Part shown: piece after piece, positions 25,201-37,200 of the stretch
How the letters are laid out: every line of letters starts with the position of its first letter
Numbering within the stretch: position 1 is the first letter of the stretch
NCBI GenBank assembly: GCA_038087875.1
Contig: CM075994.1
Location: 8,620,001 to 8,684,000, forward strand
Length of the DNA: 64,000 bases
Direction of reading: 5' to 3'
Source of the DNA: Malacoraja senta
Lineage: Eukaryota
The notes under the pieces: generated by a model
What the model was told of the DNA's origin: nothing
The model's database searches: none
What the model saw: only the letters and a program-made list of their open reading frames with translations
Made by a program: the position numbers and the translations under genes

Positions 25201-28200
25201 GTTACCCTGCTGAGTTACTCCAGCATTTTGTGTCTATCTTCGGTATAAACCAGCATTGGGGACCAAATGGAATACTTTGTTACTTTGTGGCGCCCTTTAG
25301 GTGGTGACTCATTGCATACCTTGTGTATGGAATGCAAAGCAAAGAATCTCGCTGTGACTTGTCACTTGTGATTATAATGTATTATTCATTCATTCAGTAT
25401 TCAAATTAAACTGCCATTGACCGATTAACTGACCCATTCCAATTCAATGATGTGATTGCCACAACTCTGCAGCACACAACCAAGCCAACCTGAGAATGTG
25501 CTGGAGTAACTCAGCGGGACAGGCAGCATCTCTGGAGAGAAGTTTCTGGGCGATGTTTCGGGTTGAGACCCTTCTTCAAACTGAGAGTGAGGGGAGAGGG
25601 AGATACATAGATAAGGAAGTGTAAGGCGTGAAAATAGGGCAGAGGGAATGGAGATCAAGGAAAATGTAGAATAGATCAGTTAGCGGGGAGGCGCTAACGA
25701 CAAAGCAAACAGAGATAAAATGCAGTCTTATTTTCACATCTTACACTTCCTTATCTATGTATCTCCCTCTACCCTGACATCAGTCTCGACCCGAAACGTC
25801 ACCAATTCCTTCTCTCCAGAGCTGCTGCCTGTCCTGCTGAATTACTCCAGCACTTGGTGTCTTCCTTTGGTTTTGCGGTGCTGGCTCGAAGGGCCGAATG
25901 GCCTACTCCTGCACCTATTGTCTATTGTCTTACTCCAGCATTTTGTGTCTATCTCAGGTTTGTAAGTTAATTGGCTTGGTATAAATGTAAAATTGTCCCA
26001 AGTGTGTGTAGGATAGTGTTAGTGTGCGGGGATGGCTGGTCGGCTCGGACTCGGTTGGCCGGAGGGCCTGTTTCCACGCTGTATCCGTAAACTAAACTAA
26101 ACAAAGCTAAAGTAAAGTAATAGAAAGAAACGTCTGTAGTTTAAGAAAGAACCTGCAGATGCTGGAAAATCGAAGGTAGACAAATAATGCTGGAGAAACT
26201 CAGTGGGTGAGGCAGCATCTATGGAGGAAAGGAAATAGGCAACGTTTCAGGTCGAAACCCTTCTTCAGACTGATGTGAGGGTGGGGGGGCAGGAGGAAGA
26301 AAGGAAGAGGTCGAGACAGTGGGCTGAGGGAGAGCTGGGAAGGGGAGGAGAAAGTAGGGACTGCAGATGCCTACTGTAGAAGTCAATGTTCATATCGCTG
26401 GGGTGCAAATTGCCCAAGCGAAATATGAGGTGCTGCTCCTCCAATTTACGGTGGTCCTCACTCTGGCTATGGAGGAGGCCCAGGACAGAAAGGTCGGATT
26501 CGGAATGGAGGGGGAGTTGAAGTGCTGAGCCACCGGGAGATCAGGTTGGCTTTTGCGGACCGAGCGGAGGTGTTGGGCGAAGTGTTCGCCAAGCTTACGC
26601 TTGGTATCACCGTTGTAGAGCAACTGACATATAGAGCAGTGGATGCAATAGATGAGGTTGGAGGAGGTGCAGGTGAACCTCTGCCACACCTGGAAAGACT
26701 GCTTGGGTCCTTGGATGGAGTCAAGGGGGGAGGTAAAGTGACAAGTATAGCTTTTCTTGCAGTTGCAAGGGATAGTACCTGGAGAGGGGGTGGTTCGGGT
26801 GCTAGTTAGTGTAGATGCTAGTTAATGCACAACAGGACACAAAGTGCTGGAGTAACTCAGTGGGTCAGGCAGCATCTCGGGAGAATAAAATGGATAGGTT
26901 ACAATTTGGTTCGGGACCCTTCTTGAGTGATTGTGGGGTGGGGAAAGCTGGAAGAGGTGGGAGCGATACAAATTCTGGGAGGTAATATAGATACAGGTAA
27001 GGGGAGCGGTTGATATAGGAAGACGGTTCAACAAAGGCCAGAGATGTAAAGACAGAAGGAGCGAGACAAAGGGATCGATGAGTTGCGAATTGTGAAGCTG
27101 GAGGAAGGAGTCTGTGGAAGGGGAGGGGGAGGGGAGAAATAGGTGCGAGTCCAGGTGGGGCACAGGGGAGAGAGGGGGTGGGGGGTCAGTCTGAGAATTT
27201 TTAGTATAGTTTAGAGATACAGCATGGAAACAGGCCCTTCGGCCCACCGGGTCCACGCCGACCAGCGATGGCCCGTTCACACAAGTTCCACGTTATCCAA
27301 CTTGCTCATCCACTAGGGGGCGATTTTACAGAGGTCCGATTAACCTACAAACCAGCACGTCTTTGAGATGTGGGAAGAAACCCACGGGGTCACAGAGAGA
27401 CCGTGTAAACAAGCCGTCCACAGTGTGCAGATACAGGATAAGGGGAATAACTTTTAGTGCAGGGTAAAGCCAGTAATGTCCGATCAAAGATAGTCCGAGT
27501 GTCACCAATGAGGTAGATAGTAGTTCAGGACTGCTCTCTGGTTGTGGTAGGATGGTTCAGTTGCCTGATAACAGCTGGGAAGAAACTGTCCCTGATTCTG
27601 GAGGTGTGCGTTTTCACACTTCTGTACCTCTTGTCTGATGGGAAAGGGGAGAAGAGGGAGTGGCCGGGGTGAGACTGGTCCTTGATTATGCTGCTGGCCT
27701 TGCCGAGGCAGCGTGAGGTGTAGGTCGACTCAATGGAAGGGAGGTTGGTTTGTGTGATGGTTCTCAAGTGATACGAGCAGAATTAGGCCATTCGGCCCAT
27801 CGAGTCTACTCCGCCATTCAGTCATCGTTGATCTATATCTTCCTCCTGACCCCATTGTCCTGCCTTCTCCCCATAACCCCTGACCCCCGAACAAATCAGG
27901 GTCTGGGCTGCATCCACAACTCTGTGATATCTAGGAAGGATCTGCAGATGCCAGTTTAAACCAAAGATAGACACAAAAAGCTGGAGTAACTCAGCGGGAC
28001 AGGCAGCATCTCCGGAGAGAAGGAATGGGTGACGTTTCTTAAGACCCATTCCTTCTCTCCAGAGATGCTGCCTGACCCGCTGAGTTACTCCAGCCTTTTG
28101 TGTCTATCTCTGTCATTTCTATCTCTGTCTACCTTGTGTCTATCTCTGTCATTTATATGTTTCTATTGAAACATATAAGATTGTTAAGGGTTTGGACACG

Positions 28201-31200
28201 CTAGAGGCAGGAAACATGTTCCTGATGTTGGGGGAGTCCAGAACCAGGGGCCACAGTTTAAGAATAAGGAGTAAGCCATTTAGAACGGAGACGAGGAAAC
28301 ACCTTTTCTCACAGAGAGTGGTGAGTCTGTGGAATTCTCTGCCTCATAGGGCGATGGAGGCAGGTTCTCTGGATGCTTTCAAGAGAGAGCTAGATAGGGC
28401 TCTTACCGATAGCGGAGTCAGGGGATATGGGGAGAAGGCAGGAACGGGGTACTGATTGGGGATGATCAGCCATGATCACATTGAATGGAATGGCCTACTC
28501 CTGCACCTATTGTCTATTGTCTAGTGGGCTTGGATGGAGGAGGTTCCCAAAACACGGCACGGGACATACCTGCGTGGATTGGAATCCGCCGCCGTAGTTC
28601 CGCTGTTCCGTCAGCCACCTTACAATGGCGTTGGCGTACTGGAAGTCTTCCATAGTGACTGCGGCCAGGAGTGCATAAGCTGTGGCTTCCACCTCGACTG
28701 CGAAGGCCTTCCGTGCTCCGCCTATCCACGTTTTCTGGTTGACCAGCACTTCCTGGTCAATCTTCCAATATCGAGTATCCGTTTCTGCTCCGCCATTCAC
28801 AAGAGTCATAGATTTAAAGGGTTTAGTTTAGAGATACAGCGCGCAAACAGACCCCTCGGCCCACCGAGTCCTCGCCGACCAGCGATCCCTGCACACTAAC
28901 ACAAGCCTACACACATTAGGGACAACTTACACTTATACCAAGTATACAAACCAAAGCCAATTAACCTGCAAACATGCACGTCTTTGGAGTGTGGGAGGAA
29001 ACCGAAGATCGCGGAGAAAACCCACGCAGGTCATGGGGAGAATGTGCAAACTCCGTACAGACAGCACCAGTAGTCGGGATCGAACCCGGGTCTCCGGCGC
29101 TGTAAGGCAGCAACTCTACCGCTGCGCCACCGTTGCCGCCCGCATTTGTACAGCATTGAAACGGGCCCTTCGACCCACGGCGTCCATTCCGGGCTCGGCC
29201 CACTTGCCCGCATTTGGCCCAAAACCCCTCCAAACCCTTCTGATCAAAAAGCACACTGGTAGAGCTGCTGCCTCACGACGCCACGGACCCGGGTTCCATT
29301 CCAGCCTCGGGTGTTGTGTGACAAGAGTGATACAGCCCGGAAACAGGCCCTGCGGCCCAACTTGCCCACACCGGCCAACATGTTGCAGCTACACTAGTCC
29401 CACCTGCCCACGTATGGTCCATATCCCTCCAAACCTGTCCTATCCATGTACCTGTCTAAATGTCTCTTAAACTTTGCATTAGTCCCAGCCTCAACTACCT
29501 CCTCTGGCAGCTCATTCCGTACACCCACCATGAAGAGAAGAGGGACTACCCTAACTCTAATGAGTATTTTGTAACCTTATTGGTGCTAGAAACTTGCCAA
29601 CTCTTTGTGAACTTTGTGCAGAATGCAAAGAGTGGCAATAAAGGGGGCTTTTTCCGGTTGGCTGCCAGTGACTAGCGGAGATCCTCAAGGGTCGGTGCTG
29701 GGGCCGCTACTCTTCACGTTGTATATTAATGATTTGGACGAGGGGATTGAAGACTTTGCGGCCAAGTTTGCAGATGATGCGAAGATAGGTGGAGAGGCAG
29801 GTAGTGACGAGGAAGCAGGGACTCTGCAGAAGAACTTGGACAGATTGGGAGAGTGGGCAGAGAAGTGGCAGATGGAATACAGTGTGGCAAAGTGCGGAGT
29901 CATGCATTTTGGTGGTAGGAATAATGGCATAGATTATTTTCTAAATGGAGAGAGAATCCAGAAATCGGAGGTGCAAAGAGACTTGGGAGTGCTGGTGCAG
30001 GATTCCCAAAAAGTTAATCTGCAAGTTTTACTTACTTACCTAGTAAGGAAGGCAAATTCAATGCTAGTATTTATATCAAGAGGATTGGAATACAAAAACA
30101 GAGATGTAATGCTCAGGCCGCATTTGGAATATTGTGAACAATTTTGGGCACCATATCTGAGGAAGGATGTGCTGGCTCTGGAGAGGGTCCAGAGGAGGTT
30201 TACAAGATTGATCCCAAGAATGAGTGGGTTAGCATATGATGAGCATTTGACGGCACTGGGCCTGTACTTGCTGGAGTTTAGAAGCACTGGGACCTCATTG
30301 AAACTTACTGAATAATGAAGGGCCTGGATAGAGTGGATGTGGAGAGGATGTTTCCACTGGTGGGAGAGTCTAAGACCAGAGGTCACAGCCTCAGAATTAA
30401 AGGGCGCTCTTTTAGAAAGGAGGTGAGGAGGAACTTCTTTAGTGGATCTGTGGAATTCATTGCCACAGTGGGCTGTGAAATCCAAGTCAGTGGATATTTT
30501 AAAGTCAGAGATAGACAAATTCTTGATTAGAATGGGTGTCAAGGGTTATGGGGGAAAGGCAGGAAAATGGGATTAGGAGGCAGAGATCAGCCATGATTGA
30601 ATGGCGCAGTGGGCTCGATGGGCCGAATGGCTTAATTCAACTCCTATAACTTGTGAACCTTTATTGTCTGCAAAAACAAAGAATTCCACTGTAGATGGAC
30701 ACAAAACGCTGGAGTAACTCAGCGGGACAGGTAGCATCTCCGGAGAGAAGGGATAGACCCGAAACGTCACCCATTCCTTCTCTCCAGAGATGCTGCCTGT
30801 CCCGCTGAGTTACTCCAGATTTTTGCGTCTATCTTCGGTGTAAACCAGCATCTGCAGTTCCTTTCTACGAAGTTCACTGTTCCTAGATACATTAAGTGTT
30901 ATTAAATTGGTGAATTGTATTGAATTGAACCTTCCGGTTGGCAAGATTCTTCTTCAGTTCCTCTTCTGAACCTCTTTCTCTTTGCCCTGAACCCATGCTT
31001 CCCAGTTTTCGAGATAGGATCATGAGACATAGAAGCAGAATGAGGCCATTCGGCCCATCGAGTCTACTCCGCCATTCAATCAGGTCTGATCTATCTCTCC
31101 CTCGCAACCCCATTCTCCTGCAATCGCCTCATAACCTTTGACGCCGTTCCTAATCAATAAACCGTCAATCTCCACGTTAAAATACCCAATGACGGCCTCC

Positions 31201-34200
31201 ACTGTCTGTGGCAGTGAATTTCATAGATTCTAGCTAAAGAAATTCCTCCTCTTCTCCTTCCTAAAGGAACAACGTCCTTTAATTCTGAGGCTGTGACCTC
31301 TGGTCCTAGACTCTCCCACTATTGGAAACATCCTCTCTACATCCACTCTATCCAGGCCTTTCACTATTCGGTAAGTTTCAATGAGGTCGAACTGGTCGAA
31401 CTGCTGCCTCACAGCGGCAGAGACCGTGGTTCGATCGTGACCTCGGGTGCTGTGTGTTAGTGCACGGTGTTTCTCAGCGGGTCAGGCGGCATCCCTGGAG
31501 AATGTGGAGAGGCAACGTTTCACGTCGGGACCCTTCATCAGACTGAAGAGGGGTGTCCACCTCGAAACGTCGCCAATCCACGTTCTCCAGCGATGCTGCC
31601 TGTCCCCGCTGAGTTACTCCAGCACTTTGTCCCCTTCTCTTGTAAACCAGCGTCTGCAGTTCCTTGCGTCTGAGTGTGCGGAGTTTGCACCTTCTCCCTG
31701 TGGATGCCTGGGATTCCCAGGGATCTCCTCGCTAAAGGTACATCCTTTAATTCTGAGCCCGTACCCTCTGGTCCTAGATCTCCCACTCATGGAAATTTCC
31801 TCTCCACGTCCACTCTATCCAGGCCTTGAATTAAACTTGATGTTTCAATGAGATCTCTCCGTCATTACAATATGTCACTGCAAGAGATTCGAATGGGACT
31901 TGGGTCTTTACCTTTGTCATAAGTGTCAAAACCCTTCAGTCTTTCGTAAGCCATCTTTGCTATAGAACTAGTCCCATTCACCAAGGCCAGAGCGTAGCTG
32001 GTGATGGCCATTACGTAAGGCCTCTTAATGTCTTCAACCTTGCTAGAGAGGAAATCCACAGCCTTGTTGATGCTTTGCTCCTGGAAGAAAAGTTTAATTT
32101 AGTAATAGACTAGTTTAGGAATAGATCGGAGAGATGCACAGAGTGTCTTGCCCAGAGTAGGGGAACCGAGGACCAGAGGACATAGATTCAAGGTGAAGGG
32201 GAAAAGATTTAATAGGAATCTGAGGGGTAACTTTTTCACACAAAGTGTGGTGGGTGTATGGAACAAGCTGCCAGAGGAGGCAGTTGAGGCTGGGACTATC
32301 CCAACGTTTAAGAAACATTTGGACAGGTACATGGATAGGACAGGTTTGGAGGGATATGGGCCAAATGCGGGCAGGTGGGACTAGTGTAGCTGGGACATGT
32401 TGGCCAGTGTGTTCCCTGGTTCTCGATTCCCCTATTCTGGGCAAGAGATTCTGTGCATCTACCCAATCTATTCCTCTCATGATTTTGGACACTATAAGAT
32501 CATCCCTCATCCTCTTGATCTCCATGGAATAGAGACCCAGCCTACTCAACCTCTCCCCATAGCTCCACACCCACTCATTCCTGGGATTATTCTTGTAACC
32601 CTCCTCTGCACCCTCTCCGGAGCCAGCACATCCTTCCTCAGATCTGGGGCCCAAAATTGCACACAATATTGACCAGCTCCTGAGTGTCGAGACCCTTCTT
32701 CAGACTTTCCCGCTCCCCTGGCTCTCAGTCTGAAGAAGTGGTCTCGACCCAAAACATCACCCATTCCTTCTCTCCACAGACGGTCCTTGTCCCGCTGAGT
32801 TACCGCGGCTTTTTGGGTCTTATCTTCTCCGCACCCTTCCCAGCCTGACGGCATCTTTCCTTTGACACGGTGCCCGCAGCTGAAGACGGTACTGTAAATT
32901 CCGTGGGCACGCCTTACCACTTGTCGTTTCCCGTGTACGTTATCCTCGAAGGATGGCAACGAATTCACGAACGAGATAATCACAAAAGCAGTCAAGGAAA
33001 CTTGCTTCTCCACCCCGGAAACTCCACCCTAAAATAAACATCAAGACATGAATCCAAAGATGTCCAGGTTTGTAGGTTATTTGTCTTGGTATAATTGTAA
33101 ATTGTCCCTAGTGTGTGTCCGATAGTGTTAAGGGCCTGTCCCACTTGGGCGACCTAATTGGCCAGATCTGGCGAGTTTGCCCTCGACTCATACTCGCAGC
33201 ATGGTCGACACGAGGTCGTAGAAGGTCTTCGTAACTCTCCTTCATGCTCGAGAGTGGTCTCCGCGTACTCGAGGCCTCAGCTAGGTCGCGGCGTTTTTTT
33301 CAATATGTAAAAAAATGCCCGTGAGTAAAAAAAGGTCGCCATGGAAAAAATCGATACTTTTTTTACTCGTAGGTTTAGTCGTAGTAGGTCGTAGTAGGTC
33401 GGCATGTTAGTCGTAGATCGAAGGGGGTCTTCTACATAGTCGAAGGAGGTCTTCAACATGACTTTTTTTCAAAACTCTTCTAAACTCGCCAATTAGGTCA
33501 CCCACGTTGAACAGGCCCTTTAGTGTGCGGGAGGTAACGAGGTATAGTGAAAAGCTTTTGTTACACGCTAACCGGCCAGCGATTCCACCCGCCTTTACAC
33601 GGGGCAATTAACTAAACTGTAACTGAAGTGCGGCCTCTGCTGAATGCAGTGAGATTAATAACAGGAGAAAGGTTGGGCAGGCTGGGTCTCTATTCCTTGG
33701 AGCGCAGGAGGATGAGGGGTGATCTTATAGAGGTGTATAAAATCATGAGAGGAATAGATCAGGTGGATGCAGAGTCTCTTGCCCAGAGTAGGGGAATCGA
33801 GGACCAGAGGACATAGGTTTGAGGTGAAGGGGAAAAGATTGAATAGGAATCTGAGGGGTAACTTTTTCACACAGAGGGTCAAGTCAACTTTATTTGTCAC
33901 ATACACATACAAGATATTCCATGAACCCTTTCAAGCTTGACAATATCTTTCCTGTAACATGGCGCCCAGAACTGAACACAATATTCTAAATGCGGTTGCA
34001 CCAACGTCTTATACAATGGATAGGACAGGTTTGGAGGGATATGGGCCAAGCGCAGGCAGGTGAGACTAGTGTAGCTGGGACATTGTTGGCTGGGGTAGGA
34101 ATGTTGGGCTGAAGGGCCTGTTACCATGATGTATCACTCTATGACTCTCTACAGCGACAGACGGATAAAGAACGGCAGGCTTATACAACCTTCACGTCCT

Positions 34201-37200
34201 TATGCCACATCGGTTGGTCATCAACAAAGTATCCAGGCTCCTTCTGCCATCCCATAACGTACAAGACAGCTTGCTGAACGAATTCATGCTCGATCTGGAT
34301 ATGATTGCGAACAGTTGAGAATATCTTAGCGATGAATGCCGTTAACCTGCACAAGTGGAACACCAAAAGGTTTTTCGAGCTAGAGAAAGGAAGGAACTGC
34401 AGATGCTGGTTTTAAAACCGAAGACTGACACCAAAATGCTGGAGCAACTCAGCGGGACAGGCAGCATCTCCGGAGAGAAGGAATGGGTGACGTTTCGGGT
34501 CGAGACCCTTCTTCAGACTGAGGCTGAGACCGAGACTTGGATTTAGTTTATTGTCACGTGTACCGAGGTACAGTCAAAAGCTTTTTTTGCATGCTAACCA
34601 GTCAGCGGGAAGACTAGGTAGACAAAAATGCTGGAGAAACTCAGCGGGTGAGGCAGCATCTATGGAGCAAAGGAAATAGGCAATAGGCAGGTCGAGACCC
34701 TTCTTCAGACTGTGAGGGTGGGGGGGGGGGGAGGCGGGAGGAAGAAAGGAAGAGGTGGAGGCCGTGGGCTGAGCGAGAGCTGAGAAGGGGAGGAGAAAGT
34801 AAGGACTACCTGAAATTAGAGAAGTCAATGTTCATACCGCTGGTACTTCCCTATATAGTCTTTCTGCTGGTTCATACAGCGGAAAGACTATGAAGGGAAT
34901 AACGATGAACAACATCTGAAGAAGGGTTTCAACCCGAAACGTTGCCTATTTCCTTCGCTCCATAGATGCTGCCTCACCCGCTGAGTTTCTCCAGCATTTT
35001 TGTATACCTTTGATTTTCCAGCATCTGCAGTTCCTTGTTAAACAAAACGTAATGTTCAGTGCAAGATGAAACCTGTAAAGTCCAATCAGATAGGCTGGGG
35101 GTATCCAATGAGGTAGATAGTCGTTCAGGGCTGCTTTTTACTGGCTTTACCTTGCACTAAACGTTATTCCGTTATAATGTATCTGTACACTGTGGAAGGC
35201 TCGATTGTAATCATGTATAGTCTTTCCGCTGACTGGTTAGCACGCAACAAAAGTATAAACTTTTGAAAAGTTTAAACTCCAGAACCAGGGGCCACAGTGT
35301 AAAAATAAAGGGAAGGCCATTTAAAACTGAGATGAGAAAAAACGCGTGTATTTGTGGAATTCCCTGCCACAGAAGGCAGTGGAGGCCAATTCACTGGATG
35401 TATTCAAGAGAGAGCTAGATAGAGCTCTAGGGGCTAGGAATCAAGGGGTATGGGGAGAAAGCAGGCATTTTGGATGATCAGCCATGATCACAATGAATGG
35501 CAGTGCAGGCTCGGAGGGCCAATTTCTTTGTTTCTATGTTTCTAAAGGGCCTGTCCCACTTGGGCATTATTTGCATGTCAGTCACGCGACATAATTTTAC
35601 GCGTCACAATGCACGACGCCGCATGGCACGTGGTGAGATGTGGTGGCGTAGGCAGTGANNNNNNNNNNNNNNNNNNNNNNNNNNNNNNNNNNNNNNNNNN
35701 NNNNNNNNNNNNNNNNNNNNNNNNNNNNNNNNNNNNNNNNNNNNNNNNNNNNNNNNNNNNNNNNNNNNNNNNNNNNNNNNNNNNNNNNNNNNNNNNNNNN
35801 NNNNNNNNNNNNNNNNNNNNNNNNNNNNNNNNNNNNNNNNNNNNNNNNNNNNNNNNNNGTGAAACTGGTCCTTGATTATGCTGCTGGCGTTGCCGAGGCA
35901 GCGTGATTATTCAATGTTTCATACCGCTGGGTTGTAAGCTACCCAAGTGAAAGCTCTGGAGGGAAAGTGTAGGTGGCGTGTAGGTGTCGAGACCCTTCTT
36001 CTAACTTCAAGTAACCCTTGCATCCCCTCTTTCTCCGACCCACACCCACTCAAGTCATTGTACTAGTTTCACTGTTGTCTTGTTGAGTCTCATTGTCAGT
36101 AACTCGTTTTCACCTAGCCCACAGCTAACAATGGCTTGTTTCCTTTATCATTGATACTTTTTTGCATATCTTTCATTCATTTGTTCTATATATCTCTCTA
36201 CATCATCGTCTATATCTCTCATTCCCCTCTCCCCCATCTCTCTGGTTGTGGTAGGATGGTTGAGTTGCCTAATTAAAGCTGGGAAGACACTGTCCCTGAA
36301 TCTGGAGGTGACGGTTCACAATGCTCCTGCTTTATCAGTTGTAAGTCAGTTGGAGTTTTAGAAGGATGAGTGGGCATCTTATCAGTTGGAGTTTAGAAGG
36401 ATGAGGGGATACTTATAGAAACATATAAAATTATAAAAGGACTGGACAAGCTAGATGCAGGAAAAATGGTCCCAATGTTGGGCGAGTCCAGAACCAGGGG
36501 CCACAGTCTCAGAATAAAGGGGAGGTCATTTAAGACTGAGGTGAGCAAAAACTTTTTCACCCAGAGAGTTGTGAATTTATGGAATTCCCTGCCACAGAGG
36601 GCAGTGGAGGCTGTCACTGGGTGGATTTAAGAGAGAGTTAGATAGCGCTCTAGGGGCTAGTGGAGTCAAGGGATATGGGGAGAAGGCAGGCACGGGTTAT
36701 TGATAGGGGACGATCAGCCATGATCACAATGAATGGTGGTGCTGGCTCGAAGGGCCAATTGGCCTCCTGCACCTATTTTCTATGTTTCTATGTAAGCATC
36801 TTACCTCTTGCTCGGATATAAAGGTAGGCATCAGTATCGGGTACCATGTTGGTCGGTACTTTTTCATGAATTTGATAGGAGCTCATTGCTGTTAAATAAA
36901 ACACAGAGATGCAAATACAATTCTTAAAACAAGCCCTCCCCAACTTATGGTAGGAAAGAACTGTAAATGTTGGTTTAAATCGAAGGTAAACACAAAATGC
37001 TGGAGTAACTTAGCGGGACAGGCAGCATCTCTTTATCACACAGAGAGTTGTGAGTCTGTGAAATTCTCTGCCGTAGGATATACTTTCAAGGGAGAGCGAG
37101 ATAGAGCTCTTAAAGATAGCGGAGTCAGGGATATGGGAGAAGGCAGGAACGGGGTACTGATTGTGGATGATCAGCCATGACTCGAAAGGCCAAATGGTCT

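Noticed and set aside
30930..30990. Possible extra C4 exon ([19 protein letters not shown])
   Set aside because: No recognisable C4 similarity, weak splice sites, and it would break the phase between exons that already join correctly
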